Source: the human T2T-CHM13v2.0 reference genome, Homo sapiens
Length of the DNA: 64,000 nucleotides
NCBI RefSeq assembly: GCF_009914755.1
Contig: NC_060944.1
Strand: one strand, 5' to 3'
In this document: positions 1 to 14,216 of the stretch, in pieces
Numbering within the stretch: position 1 is the first letter of the stretch
How the letters are laid out: each line of letters begins with the position of its first letter
Notes under the pieces: generated by a model
Told to the model about the DNA's origin: nothing
Database searches by the model: none
Seen by the model: only the letters and a program-made list of their open reading frames with translations
Program-made: the position numbers and the translations under genes

Positions 1-304
1 AGTAAGAAAGCAACTAGATTTAATGGCATGTTTTAATTAAATACTAGCTGAACAGTCAAGGTGGTAAGCAAATAACTGATATTTGATGGAATGGGAAAAA
101 TTAATTTCGAAACTTGTTCTGGCAGAAAAGGAACAAAATTAACTTTGAAACAGCATTTTGTCCAAGCTGAACTGGATGCTGTGAGATTTTTGTTTTTAAC
201 TCTGAACCCCCTTACCTTATTCAGGTTTTGCTTTGGGAGGAGGAAGTTATAGGGAGTGAGTTATACTGAACCCTGGACAGTCTAGCATATCTCTGAAAGA
301 GATA

Positions 305-495
305 TAAGTTTTGGAGTTAAGCCAAGCTGGGTTTGAAATCTGGTTTCTCCACTCACTGATTTGAAATCTTGTCTTCACTCAGACCTCAGTGTCATCATCT
401 GTAAAATGGGTTAGCAGCTCTGGGAAGGTTTGTGGTAAGAAATAAACGAGGAAACGTTTGCAAATACTGAGCACGCAATCAATACTCGATAATCG
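305..495 (+). mobile_element. MIR SINE fragment
   Basis: MIR core-like CCTCAGTGTCATCATCTGTAAAATGGG with upstream CTGGGTTTGAAATCTGG; boundaries approximate. Confidence 0.7.
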
Positions 496-811
496 GTGGC
501 TGCCAGTATTACCTCCTTGTTTGATGTTCACGAGGAGCCTGGAGTTGGCGGTCATTCGGCTGCACGCCTCCTGGCTTTGTGGACAGTTATCTTGGAAGAA
601 GAGTTGGGGGCTTGTGGCTGTTTCAGGTGTGTGTCCAGGCCGTGCTCAGCTAGCATGACTGCTGCATGTTGCACACTTTTTGTGCTTTTTACTTTTAATG
701 CCTGTAAGAAAGCAACTCATTTTCTTCATTTGATGTGATTAATGGGTGTCCCTCGGAGAGGCCGCACCCGGGAGAAAGCGCTGACGCCTCCGACCCAGCT
801 CCGCGCACAGC

Positions 812-829
812 GGCGCCCCCTTCTGGCCC
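812..829 (-). promoter_or_regulatory. Candidate CTCF site within a small CpG-rich patch (~740-880)
   Basis: Minus strand reads GGCCAGAAGGGGGCGCC, close to the CTCF core CCASYAGRKGGCRS; surrounded by retained CpGs. Confidence 0.65.
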
Positions 830-2360
830 TCGTCCCGCCGGAGCTGCGCTTGCGTGAACAGCCCTCAAATGCGTGTTTGCCCTGCTGCACCTTTGTCCCA
901 GACATTTGTAAGAAGTGTAGGATTAGAGTCACACTACCACACAGAGCATTTTTCCGCTTTCCTGTCGTGCCTGTAGATATACTTGCTCTGGATTTCCTTT
1001 GTCACAGAGAGCGCTAGTCATGGAGGCAGAACCACGTAGGAGATTTGCTCTTGGAAGGGCTGAACTGGCTGCTGCTGACTGCCTTATCTACTGATCAAGG
1101 CTCCCTGGCCACAGGAATGTGACCTTCCGACCACTGGCTGAACAGGGTCAGTGCAATCACGCCTCAAATGAGCTTTTGATGAGCCTAAATGGAAGGAATC
1201 TGCACAATACAGGTGTGCTGTGATATTCTAGGTTGGCCTTTGATGCTTGAGCTAAAGGACTTCATTTTAAAGTCCCTTGGTGGAGACAGTGAAAGGCTGG
1301 CAGAGGGATAGGATCTGGAAAAGATGCTTAATAGGCATTGCATTTTGTTAGTAATGATAATAATTTACATTTTAAAAAGTATTCAGATACAATATTATTA
1401 AATCTGTTTGTTTAAAACTAAGCTGATCATTAAAAAATCAGCTTTAACCCAATTAGATTTTTTTTCCAAGGGAGAGACTAAAACTCGAATATTATCACTG
1501 TAAGCAATCAAGAATTTTATTATGAAAACTGTCAAACACATAGCAAAGATGAAAGATTTCTACAGGAAACTGTTATACCCACTCTTTAAGTCCTGCTACC
1601 AACATGGTACTGTCCTTGCCCCATCGTATGTGTATCCATCTATCCAGAGAATGTGGGGATTTTATTTTGATTCACAAGCCTCAGAAATTAATTTTGACTT
1701 CTTAGAGTTCTTTTGCACCATTACTGTAAAACTATCCAGAATAACTTAAGATCATCTGATTAAATGTGTACTAGATAATAAAAATAAGAACAGTATAAAT
1801 ATTTCCAAAGAACAAAATTTAACCATCGCACAATTTCAGCCTCATCAGAATTCTGGATCTCAAATAGAATGCAGTTAACTCTTTGAAAATGGAATTGGAA
1901 GGGTCTGTCTCTTGATCTAGGGTCTGGTTCCATGGGTGTGTTCAGTTTGTGCAAATTTGTTAAGCTGTAGATTCAATAAGTAGTTTTATAAATAAACAAT
2001 AAAAATGAAACTGTGCAGCAGTTTTATATTTTGGGAGCAAAATGTTTGTCTCCTCAGTTTCCCATTTGTCTAGCTGGCCCTGGAATCCTGGCATCTTTCT
2101 TCCTTGGACAAGGCATAGCCACCTCTGAGCTTCTGTTGTCTAACATTGGGCAGGGGGTGTAAAAGCACATGCTTGATTTGGGGTCTCGTATTTCTGTTTG
2201 TCCAGGTTTCACTGTAATGGTACCAATGATTTGAATTCCTTTGCAGGTAAATTGGCCTTTATTCTGTAAATGGTGCTGAGAAGTCCTATTAGTGAGGTGC
2301 AAGGAGAAGTGGGTTTGAGATCAGGGAGTCCTGGTTTAGCACTAGGAACACAATACAACC

Positions 2361-2666
2361 TTTTTTGTCTTTGTTTTTGAGACAGGATCTCCCTCTGTTG
2401 CCCAGGTTGTAGTGGCATAATCACAGCAACTAGAACCTCTATCTCCTGGGCTCAAGCTATTCTCCCACCTCAGCCTCCCAAGTCCAAGTAGTCGGGACTA
2501 CAAGTGTGGGCCACCACGCCCGGCTGAGTATTTTATTTTACTTTTGTAGAGATGGGGTTCTTGCTTTGTTGCCCAGGCTGGTCTTGGAACTCCTGGCCTC
2601 AAGTGATCCTCCTTCCTTGGCCTCACAAAGTGATGGGATTACTTGTGTGAGCCACTGGGCCTAGCC
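2361..2666 (-). mobile_element. Alu, AluJ-like
   Basis: T-rich tail then GAGACAGGATCTC...CCCAGG, both arms present; flanked by ATACAAC(C/T)TTT direct repeats. Confidence 0.92.
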
Positions 2667-2685
2667 GTGATACAACTTTTTAAAA

Positions 2686-3743
2686 ATTTATTTATTTATT
2701 ATTTTTATTATTTTATTTTTTTCCAACTTTTATTTTAAGTTCATGAGTACATGTGCAGGATCTGCAGGCTTGTTACATAAGTAAACGTGTGCCATGGTGG
2801 TTTGCCGCACGGATCATCCCATCACCTAGGTATTAAGCCCAGTGGCCATTAGCTATTCTTCCTGGTGCTCTTCCTTCCCCCACCTCCACTCCTTTCAAAA
2901 GTCCCTAGTTTGTGGTTCTCCCCCACGTGCCAATGTATTCTCATCATTCAGCTTCCACTTGTAAGTAAGAACATGCGGTGTTTGACTTTCTCTTCCTGTG
3001 TTAGTTTGCTGAGGATAATGGCTTCCAAATCCGTCCATGTCCCTGCAAAGGACATGATCTCATTCCTTTTTATGGCTGCATAGTATTTTCTCTATCCGGT
3101 CTTTCACTGATGGGCATTTAGGTTGATTCCATGTCCTTGCTATTGTGAATAGTGCTGCAATGAACATAGTGTGCATGTATCTTTATAATAGAATGATTTA
3201 TATTTCTTTGGGTATATACCCAGTAATGGGATTGCTGGGTCAAATGGTATTTCTGCCTCTGGGTCTTTGAGGAATCACCACACTGTCTTCCACAATGGTT
3301 GAACTAATTCACACTCCCACCAACAGTGTAAAAGCATTCTATTTTCTCCACACCTCGCCAGTATCTGTTGTTTTGTGACCTTTTAATAATAGTCATTTTG
3401 ACTGGCATGAGATGGTATCTCATTATGGTTTTGATTTGCATTTCTCTAATGATCAGTGATGTTGAGCTTTTGTTCATATATTTGTTGGCTGCATGAATGT
3501 TTTCTTTTGAAAAGTGTTTATTCATGTCCTTGGCCCACTTTTAAATGGGGTTGTTTGTTTTTTTCTTGTAAATTTGTTTAATTTCCTTGTAGATTCTGGA
3601 TATTAGACCTTTGTCAGATGGATAGACTGCAAAAATTTTCTCCCATCCCGTATGTCATCTGTTCACTCTGATGATAGTTTCTTTTGTTGTGCAGAGGCTC
3701 TGTTTAATTAGATCCCATTTGTCATTTTGTTGCTTTTGTTGCA
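2686..3743 (-). mobile_element. L1PA-type LINE-1 3' fragment (ORF2 end plus 3'UTR), 5'-truncated
   Basis: Antisense L1 3'UTR (TACATGTGCAGG...GTGCCATGGTGGTTTG); ORF 3304-3525(-) resembles ORF2p C-terminal region ([16 protein letters not shown]); TSD-like GATAYAACTTTT at 2669 and 3745. Confidence 0.92.
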
Positions 3744-4299
3744 CGATATAACTTTTAAATGTCATCTCCCCTTTCCCATTACCTCCTGCCTTCCCCTGCA
3801 GGGGCCTGGGCCCTGGGCCCTGGGGCCCTGAGTCATAAAGGTATGCTTAGGTTTTGTCCAACTATTCTGAGAGCTGTGAGGGCATGGAGATGAGGTGGGG
3901 ACCAGGAGGCAACGTTTGGAAGTAAAAAAGCCACATAGAGGCATAAAAAATAAAAGAGGGGCACTATAGGAATGTATTGATTGAATTGCTAGAATATCTC
4001 TTATTTAGACTTTGGACAGATAGAAATATCCTTTGCATACTCTTCTTGCTGTGGCTGGTAAAAGAAATCTATGCAACATGAGATTTATGAAAACACAAAG
4101 TGTGACCTCAGGCTCTGAGTTGGAAAGAGAAGCTGGTAAGTTTCATCCTTCCTGTGCGCCTTCAGAGTTTGCCTTGGTTGCTTTCTCTGCCTATTTCCTG
4201 ACTTGAAGTCCACAATCAGCTATCACCTACTTTCCTGCTCCTGTTTGTAACACATGTCCAGAGATCTTCATGGGTGCTGTCTCCCTTCTTTGATTTATT

Positions 4300-4820
4300 C
4301 CCTTCTTTGTGTTTTCCAGTAGGGCTGTCATCCCCATCACTGCATTGTCTCTCATCAAGACCACCGGTGGCCTGGTCTTGGCAAAGCCAATCTCCAAATC
4401 TTACCTGACATCTCAGCAGTATTTGACTTTGGTGACCACTTTCTCCTTTTTGAAATGCCATCACAATGTGCTTACCTGGTTTTTTTCTGTTGCCTTCACC
4501 TCTCCTCCACCCCGTTTCCTGCTAGATGTTGGCATGTCTCAGTCCTTGGCCTTCACATGTACTTTTTCATATGCTGATGATGTCAACAGATCCATAATGT
4601 TAAACATTGTGTATACTTTATGATTCCTAATTAATTTTTCCAGTCTGAGCTTCTCCCCTGAACACCAGACTCATGCATGAATCTCCCCCTTAACATGTCT
4701 TTTAGGAAACTCCAGCTTAACATAGACTAAGCATTTTATCCATCCATGGTATTCCTTTCATCCCAAGCCTTCTTCATTTCAGTAACCAACATTACTATCT
4801 CTTCAGTTGCCCAGACACAT
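4300..4820 (+). mobile_element. L2 LINE fragment
   Basis: Degenerate L2 sequence (CATCAAGACCACC...CTCAGCAGTATTTGAC...TCTCCCCTGAACACCAGACTC). Confidence 0.6.
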
Positions 4821-5232
4821 TTTCTATTAACCTTTGTAAGCCTCAGTTTCTGATCTGTCTAGCGGAGCTATGCTAATAGTATCAGCCTTAGAGCCTCAGT
4901 TCCTTCATCTGTAAAAGGATCATTGTAATAACTGCTTTGCCTACTTTATTGGGTTGCCATAGGATAAAATAAAAATGCTTTGCCAATTGTAAAGTGCTGT
5001 GCAAATGCAAACTACTGTTATATCATTGGAGAATTGGAGGTACCTTATTTAAATATTTATATAATAAATTTATCTTAGATTCTTTTTGTAAACAGACTGT
5101 GTTTTTTGATAAACTGGCACATTTCCTTCTGGTAGTTGACAAGGGTACTGTCACACAATATGTTTGTTTCTTTGCTTTGACTTACAGGAGGCTCAGAGCA
5201 AAACGTAATGTTTAGCTGTACTCGTTCTTCTT

Positions 5233-5535
5233 CTTTTTTCTTATTTTTATTTTTGAGATAGGCTCTCACTCAATCGCCCAGGCCGAAGTGCGATAGCACA
5301 GTCATAGCTCACTGCAGCCTCCACTTCCTGTGCTTGGGTGATCCTCCTGCCTTAGCCTCCCAAGTAGTTGGGACTACGGGCACACACCATCATGCCTGGC
5401 TAATCTTTATATTTTTTGTAGAGACAGGGTTTCACCATGTTGCCCAGGATGGCCTTGAACTCCTGGACTCAAGCCATCTGCCTTCCTAGGCCTCCCAAAG
5501 TGCTGGGATTACAGGTGTGAGACACCATGCCTGGC
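5233..5535 (-). mobile_element. Alu, AluJ-like
   Basis: T-rich tail, CATAGCTCACTGCAGCCTC, CCCAAAGTGCTGGGATTACAGG. Confidence 0.92.
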
Positions 5536-6009
5536 TACTCAGTATTCTTAAGTTAGCTTTTAATTATGATTATGTTTTCTTTCTAAAAACATGTTTTATT
5601 AATTTTTTCTCCCTATTTTAATCAAGGTGGTACATTCATCTTTCATTAAAAACATTTTTAATGAAATGTGTGTGTGAAGATTCTAGGTATAAACAAATAA
5701 TAGATCAATAAACGAACAAGTAGATCCCATGGCCATGACCCATTCTATTCAGAGATACATTAGCATTATTTTATCATCATTGACCTGAAATACAGTTTTT
5801 TAGTAGGCTAAATTTAGTGGGCAATGAAAATGAAATAATTGTTAATTTAAATCTTTCTTATTTTGTGCATATTTCTTAAAATATATATTTTTTGATAAAT
5901 CTAGTTACTGTTTTATGTTATCACAGAGCCAGTTTACTTTTTTAAAACAGTAAGCCCTGTTTGTAACGTATGGAAATATAAGCTGTAAACTGAAATAATA
6001 TATTTTCTA

Positions 6010-6505
6010 TAATAATTATGAATTCAGCTGGATGGAACAGAAAACTTAAATGACAGCAGCTATTCTTTCCCATACAGCAAGAAGGTGAGTGGTGGATGGC
6101 TGAGGGCCAGCGCAGGGCTCCTGATGTTATAAATGTCCAGGTTGCCTCCCTCTTCAGGCTCGGCACCCTGAGTTGGAGACTTTTGCTCTCAGTATCACAG
6201 GATGGGTTTCCAGGCGTTGAGACTGCATTCCAGGTGGGGAAAAGAGGAAAGAGCAAAGGTAAAAATTCAGCTGAATCTACACTGCTTATCTGGAGAAAAA
6301 TACTTCCCCAGAAGCTCCATTTGGTACATTTCTGCTTATGTCTAATTGGACAGAACTGAGTCACATGGCCACTCTTAGCTGCAGGGAAGTCTGGAAGGCT
6401 CAATATTTTTAACCAGGCACATTGTTGTCCCAAACGAAATTGGCTTTCTCTTAGTAAGGAAAGGAGAAGAATGAATATTGGATAGGCAGTTAGCATGGTT
6501 TGTCA
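6010..6505 (-). mobile_element. Old MaLR LTR (MLT1J/K-like)
   Basis: ATTGGACAGAACTGAGTCACATGGCCACTCTTAGCTGCAGGGAAGTCTGG is typical of antisense MLT1; subfamily uncertain. Confidence 0.6.
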
Positions 6506-6774
6506 TGTTCCGCAATTTCTTTTGCTTTGGGAGTCAAATTTCTGAACACAGAAGATATTTCTAGCAATGTTAATAGTGTTTCAGGAACTTATCATACTTC
6601 ATTTTTTAAAATGAAAATCTCACTTTGACAGTGGTTTTGAGAATTGGATGAGGCACATAGGTGAAGGACCTATAAGACTTCCCTGACGTAGTGACTCAAA
6701 TGATGTCAAACATTCATCATCATGACTTCTGAAAAACTGTACCACTTTCCAGCTTTTGTTTCCACTTTTCCCCT

Positions 6775-8632
<1,858 letters not shown>

Positions 8633-9480
8633 CATCACCTTATTTTTGTATAATAAGCTTCTTATTCCAAAATACATTAAATAAATATAAGAATTAATTT
8701 TTTGATATTACAGTGTCAGGGAAAGACACACTCATCAATTTACTCAACGCCAAGGTCACTAGTCAAAGAATATCTCATGGGACACATTTGAACTGTGTGC
8801 CCTATTTGGGTGAACCCACAAAATTTTCCTTCATGTGTTTACACCAAGTGAGGTGTGAAGTGGCAGCATCTTCTACACATGTTGAGTCTCTTCTACATGT
8901 GTGCCATTCACATACATGTTAAAGCACTTTCATGTTCAGCCTTTATTTTGCCCTATGTTTTTCTGCACCACATTTATTAAGTGCAATTTGTGTGCAACAT
9001 AACCATTAATTCCCCCAAAGTTGAAGAATTGGTAAAGAAAATGTGCAGAAAAAAGAAAAGAGGGAGTAATTTTTACTACTTTACATTTTATGTATAAACT
9101 TAATTTTAATTTTCATATTGTTGTTCATTGCTTATGTCAATTTATTTTTGTTGTTCAAGAGATACATTTTTCTATCTGTAAATGTTTTAAAACTTAGGTT
9201 GAAATGAAGTACATTCTATTCCCTGCCCATTAGTATTTATGAAAAAATTGAAGGTTAATGACTTTTAAGTTATGGACAAGTTTTCATGAATAAATTAAAG
9301 TTTTTCAGCAAGGGATAGCTGTGTGTGTTTTAAGTCTCTGGGTAGATTTATATAGTAACAAAGAATGGGGAACTCAAGTTTGTGTGTTGAGGCAAAATAT
9401 ATAGGATATTGTTGTATGCATTATCTTGCTTCCCAGCAGCTTTCTGGGAGCAGGCACAGTAATCCGTTATTCAGGAAAGT

Positions 9481-10030
9481 TGTAATGGCTTTCTGCTCTG
9501 TCAACTTAGCTTTGGTGGAACTACATTTCCCAGAGCTCCCTCCCCTGCGTAGCTCTAGTCTTTTGCTGTGTGGGTCTGGAAGGCAGAAGGGAAGCCTCAA
9601 CACTTGTGAACACTCACTCATCCGGAGGATGTGGGCAGCGCTGTGCTGGACCCTCAGTTCCCCCAGCTCCCATCCACTTCTTCCTTCAGCTTTTCCAAGT
9701 CCTGGGCTGCATGGGTGCAGCTCTATGGCATATGCACCCGTTATCTTCTCAGTGTTAACTGCGTCATCAAGTTCGATGGTGGTGAGAACAGAAATGGGCT
9801 CCAGTCTGTCCCTGTGGGTTCCTTCTTCACATCTAGCTTTTCTTCCAGCTAGCCCTTCCTGCTGACCTCAATGACTTCAGGCCCCTGTCAGATGCAGAAG
9901 CCATGGCCTTTCTAGGCTTTTCCACCAGCTCCCACATTGCTTGCCCAAGATCTAGTCCATGTAGTGAGTCCCTAATTCTATGCCACCCATGAGGTTCAAA
10001 CTCCCTGAGTAAGCCCTGACTGTTTACTGA
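9481..10030 (+). mobile_element. ERVL-class solo LTR (LTR52/53-like, tentative)
   Basis: Starts TGTAATGG...TGTCAACTTAGC...GAACTACATTTCCCAGA, an ERVL-LTR-like 5' end; family recalled from memory only. Confidence 0.45.
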
Positions 10031-11289
10031 TCTAGAAATTATCAGACTCAGAGAAATGATATCCCTCAGACTTGGCAGTGCAGCTCCTTCGTGGACCTGG
10101 GGGAGGTGAAGGACCTGGCCCTGGCTCAGCAAGGTTATTGCATTTAATCTTCACAACAGGTATTATTATCATTTTATAGGTAAGGCAGCTCTATTTTTCT
10201 TAGGGCTAGCTCTACAAATAATTTTTTTTGTCTTAGAACAAGCTGATGTCCAAAATTTGCTTTTTATGGAAAATCTGTCGTTGTAAAAATATGACTCTGG
10301 AGACAAATTTTCTGAGAGCAGTAAATACCAGAAGCCCAGCCAAAAAACTTCAGCACCCTGTTGAGATTGGGAAAAGGCAACATTGACTTATTTTCACTTA
10401 AGTTTGTGACTTAGAAAAAAACTAACAGTGATGGTTTTCTTCTTCTCTGTTAGGCTTGTGGCTGCAAATTCTTTGCATGGCCGTTTATTTCACTGAAGCG
10501 AATGATAGCCCAAAAGTCCTTGAGATATGTGAGCTGCAAAATTCTACAGCTGTATGTTCATTTTCCAGAATTCAGAAAAGTGCAGTGCTCAATTTGGTAA
10601 ACATCACCTCCATGGAAATTATGTTTGCCCAGGTTGTGTATTTGAATATTAAACATACCCCGCCATGAATCATGATTGCTGGTTGACCAGCTGCCTAACC
10701 ATTTCTTTGTGTTCATTCCTCCTCGTGTCTTTGACTACTTCAGGCTGGCATTCAAATGCCAGGTCCTGACCATGTTTCTAAAGAATACATTTGAATGCAA
10801 TTACTAAGCCTCCTTTAGAAGTCCAGCAGCCCTGTCCATTATAATAATTGATAGTCTAGAAACTTGTTAGAGAGAAAGGAATTTAATCAAAGGTAGAAGT
10901 AATTTATAGGGTAAGTCCGACATATACATACTTTCTCTAAGCCTTGGCTTGATTGGTTTTCATTTTTGGGATGTGTATTTGACATTTGAAACAATTTTGG
11001 TCAATAATGCTTTCATGCGAGGCTGAGAGTTCTTTGACCTATACATAGAAAATGAGGGAGAGCCAAGAGAAATTTGGTGCTGGTGGTGACTGCTGAACTT
11101 TCAGGATCATTAAAATATACTGCTAACTGCATGAAATAAGCACATTTGACTCAAGTTTCTCCTTGGGGATGGTATTGGTCAGTTTCTCAGGAGAGAAGCC
11201 CTCTTCCTCTCCCTTACCAAAGACTCTGTCTCCAGTTAAACAGGGAGCTGCTTCTTTGGTTATTAGTGGCTGCCCCACCTTGGTGCATC

Positions 11290-11733
11290 CTTGGTGTTTA
11301 GCACTGATCACCTTATGTACCAACATCTTCCTACTAGAACCCTGAGATTCTTCCTGAGCTTTTCCTGGACTTGGGAGCATGTTGGCCTGGGCACATGCAA
11401 GTTGTAAATTCTTGGGAGTTAATGTAGAAGCAATGGCCTGTAGCCATTGGTAGATGATAGATAGGAACTGATGGGTAAATACACAGCCACACCCTGCCAC
11501 CATGAGGGAGAACCATCAGGTGTATTCCATGTAGTTCCTTATAGTTCCCCAGTGGGATTGGGGCCCAGTTGACCATAGAAGGAACTTCCTCCTTTGCCCA
11601 ACCTTTTACTGGATTCCTTCCCTTCCCTTACTTCCTCACTCCCCTAGCCGTGCTTTCTGGGAATATCTCCCAACTAGACTCTGCACATGAATCCTTGTCT
11701 CATAGTCTGCACTGGGGGAGCCCAAATCAAGAT
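11290..11733 (+). mobile_element. LTR16-like ERVL LTR
   Basis: GTTCCCCAGTGGGATTG...CCAGTTG...TCCCAA...AATCCTTGTCTCA...GGGGGAGCCCAAATCAAGA 3' end. Confidence 0.6.
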
Positions 11734-12069
11734 GATGGTCTTCATCTTTGTACTTGCTAGGTCTTCCTTTGAGAGCTAAGCCTGAAGAGTAAAGCCTCTT
11801 TTGCTGATCAGATGAGTAGGTTATTACTGGTTGGCCCATTTGCAGAAGGAACCACCCAAGAGCAGATGAGAGAACTGAGTTCCAAGGCATGTTTCTGCAG
11901 AGACAAGGTAGAGAGGAGCAGAGAATTGGGCGCTGATCAGCAGCGGAGTGGACGAAGGGTGAAACTTTACTAACCTGGAGCAGAGGTCTAAGCCCACAGG
12001 ACACTGGCCAGGAGAGTCTTGTTTCTCTGCATACTTGGCAAGGCACTTCATCTTCTTCTGTCTTCTCTT

Positions 12070-12715
12070 TACCCTCCATGTATGAGCTGATGACTCTAAC
12101 ATGTCTAGTTCTACCTCTACACAAACACCTAAGAGATGCTGACAGCACTCCTCACAATAAGTGACAATTCCTGCACCTGACACCCTTGGTGGACCTCAAA
12201 CTCAGCATGTCCTGAACCAAGTTCATTATTTTCCCTCCATAATCCTCCTTTTCACCCCACCACAAAACACTGAATATTTTCCATCTTCAGCATTACTTCC
12301 TTTAGCTAAAAGCAAGCTCTGCACTTCTAAGCTATTTGCTGTTCCTATCTTCCACATCTGACTCCTCACCAAAACTGCTCCATTCTGTCCTGTGAATACT
12401 TCCCGAATGAGGCTTCTCCTCCCCATCACTGGTTTCATGTTCCCATCATCCCTCATCGCACCTGTTCAGTCATCTCATGACTCCTTGCACTCTCCCCCTT
12501 CATTTATCCCTCCATTTTGCAACCAGAGCAGTCTTCCTGAATGGTGAATCTGACCATGTCATCCCTACCACCAAAACCTCCATTACTTACAAATAAAGGT
12601 TTAAATCATTTTTTCTGGCATTCAAGGCTGTCCTGTCATCGTTCCATTTTTTCCCCTCTTCCCTCTTTTCCTATCTTGCATGTTCCTCTATCTCCATGCT
12701 CCATGTGCTCGAGAC
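12070..12715 (+). mobile_element. L2 LINE fragment
   Basis: CTCAAACTCAGCATGTCCTGAACCAAG; GCAACCAGAGCAGTCTTCC...TCTGACCATGTCA. Confidence 0.55.
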
Positions 12716-13464
12716 CAGCACTTTTCCAAAGTGTGTTCCACAGAATGCGGATACTTTGAGATGCTCCTCTGCAGAAGGGTTTCAGGGTAAGAAACTGGAG
12801 AGCACTGCTCCCTTTGCCTCACTCTTGGATATTCAAGTGGTACATTAGGACATTCTAGACTCTTGAGAAGTCCTGAAATGAAGAAATCTGTTTAATTTTG
12901 TTTAACTTAATGTTTCCCAACTTATGTGACCATGGAATCTGTTTCTCCCCTTTACAGAATAGCAGCTATTATTAGTCTTGTAAAGGACTAGTATTTGTTG
13001 GATACATGCCACTTTTTCTAACCACACCAGACTTCACATCTGAAACATGTCAAACCCCAGGACTAGAGTTGTTTTTTATTTATTTATTATTCCTTAAGCT
13101 CTTTACTTAGTCTTAAATGATTTTACCCCAATGTGTCTCTTAAATGCCTCACTTATCCTTTGGGGTCTAGCTCAGATGCCACACTCATCATGCAGCCTCC
13201 TCCGAGACCCCCCAGCATCCCTGCCCGGCACTTTTGGTGCCACTGTGAAAGGAGTGGTTTTGTTCTGTCTTGTAGTGTAATCAACTTACATACTTATTGA
13301 ACTGCAAGATCTTTGAGGACAGTGTTTAATTTTCTTTTCTAAAAAATGATACCTACAGTGCTGCACAACTACATTGACTGCAAGTAATGACGGATCAAGC
13401 TTTTCTTTCTGAATTGATTTTACCTCAGGTCATTATTCTCTGTGAACAACAAGCAACAGAGGAG

Positions 13465-13655
13465 CATGATTTCTTCTGGGTTAGATCAGGTTCGAATACC
13501 AGCTGGGCTGCCCACAAGGTGGTGACTTCGGCAATCTATGGAGCTTCTCTGAGCCCCAGTTTTTTTACAGGGCTGTTGTGAGAATTAAATGAGTTAATCT
13601 ATGGTGGTGGTGGTGGAAGGAGGCTTAGCATGGTACCAGCTAAGTACCATAAATT
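13465..13655 (+). mobile_element. MIR
   Basis: GGTTCGAATACCAGCT...CTCTGAGCCCCAGTTT...GGGCTGTTGTGAGAATTAAATGAGTTAAT. Confidence 0.7.
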
Positions 13656-13714
13656 TCAAAACCACAGTGATAATAAAGATGGTGATGGAGATGACGCCCA
13701 CAGTGATAATGGAT

Positions 13715-13911
13715 GACAAGTACTTAGCGGTCTCCAGGTACCAGGCCCCATACTAAGTGCACTGCAAGCACAATTTTATTTAATCATCACAGCAGCCATA
13801 TGAGGTACATGTTATTATTCTCATTTTACAGATGATGAACCCAAGGCTGGGGTCTGAGCTGTGTAGTCTCACTCCAGAGCCTGTGGTCTGCTTAACCATC
13901 GCACAATACTG
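13715..13911 (-). mobile_element. MIR (antisense)
   Basis: ATTTAATCATCACAGCAGCCATATGAGGTAC...ATTCTCATTTTACAGATGATGAACCCAAGGC. Confidence 0.7.
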
Positions 13912-14216
13912 TAGACTGACCTAGTAAAAATATTTACTAGTTGTTATTTTTATTCACAAATATTGCAAAATATGTGGAATTCAACAGAAAAAAGGATACC
14001 AGAAACTGCTGGATTGGAGGAGACTTTGGTGTTGAAATCTATATTTGTCACTGTCACTAAATTGTGAGGTCTGGAGCCAAATAAGGCTGACCTAAACCTC
14101 ACTTCTTTTATCTGTGAAGTGGGTATCCTTTTTTCTGTTGAATTCCACATATTTTGCAATCTTTGTGAATAAAAATAACAACTAGTAAATATTTTTACTA
14201 GGTCAGTCTACAGTAT
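13906..14216. repeat. Near-perfect inverted repeat: arms 13906-14000 and 14122-14216, 121-bp spacer
   Basis: Reverse complement of the right arm equals the left arm at 94 of 95 positions (mismatch 13961 T / 14161 C); imperfect extension to about 13897/14224. Confidence 0.97.

Noticed and set aside
5942-6496. 184-aa ORF
   Set aside because: Lies almost entirely in an MLT1 LTR; no domain similarity.
8710-9322. Possible old DNA-transposon fossil
   Set aside because: Could not confirm terminal repeats or family by eye.
10748-10798. 11-bp inverted repeat GCATTCAAATG/CATTTGAATGC
   Set aside because: Too short to distinguish confidently from chance in 64 kb.
13950-14159. ORF spanning the inverted repeat
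   Set aside because: Short, non-ATG start, a by-product of the repeat.
13906-14216. Inverted repeat as an annotated pre-miRNA or MITE
   Set aside because: The 121-nt loop is much larger than canonical pre-miRNA loops, and no TSD or recognised TIR is visible; kept as a structural finding only.
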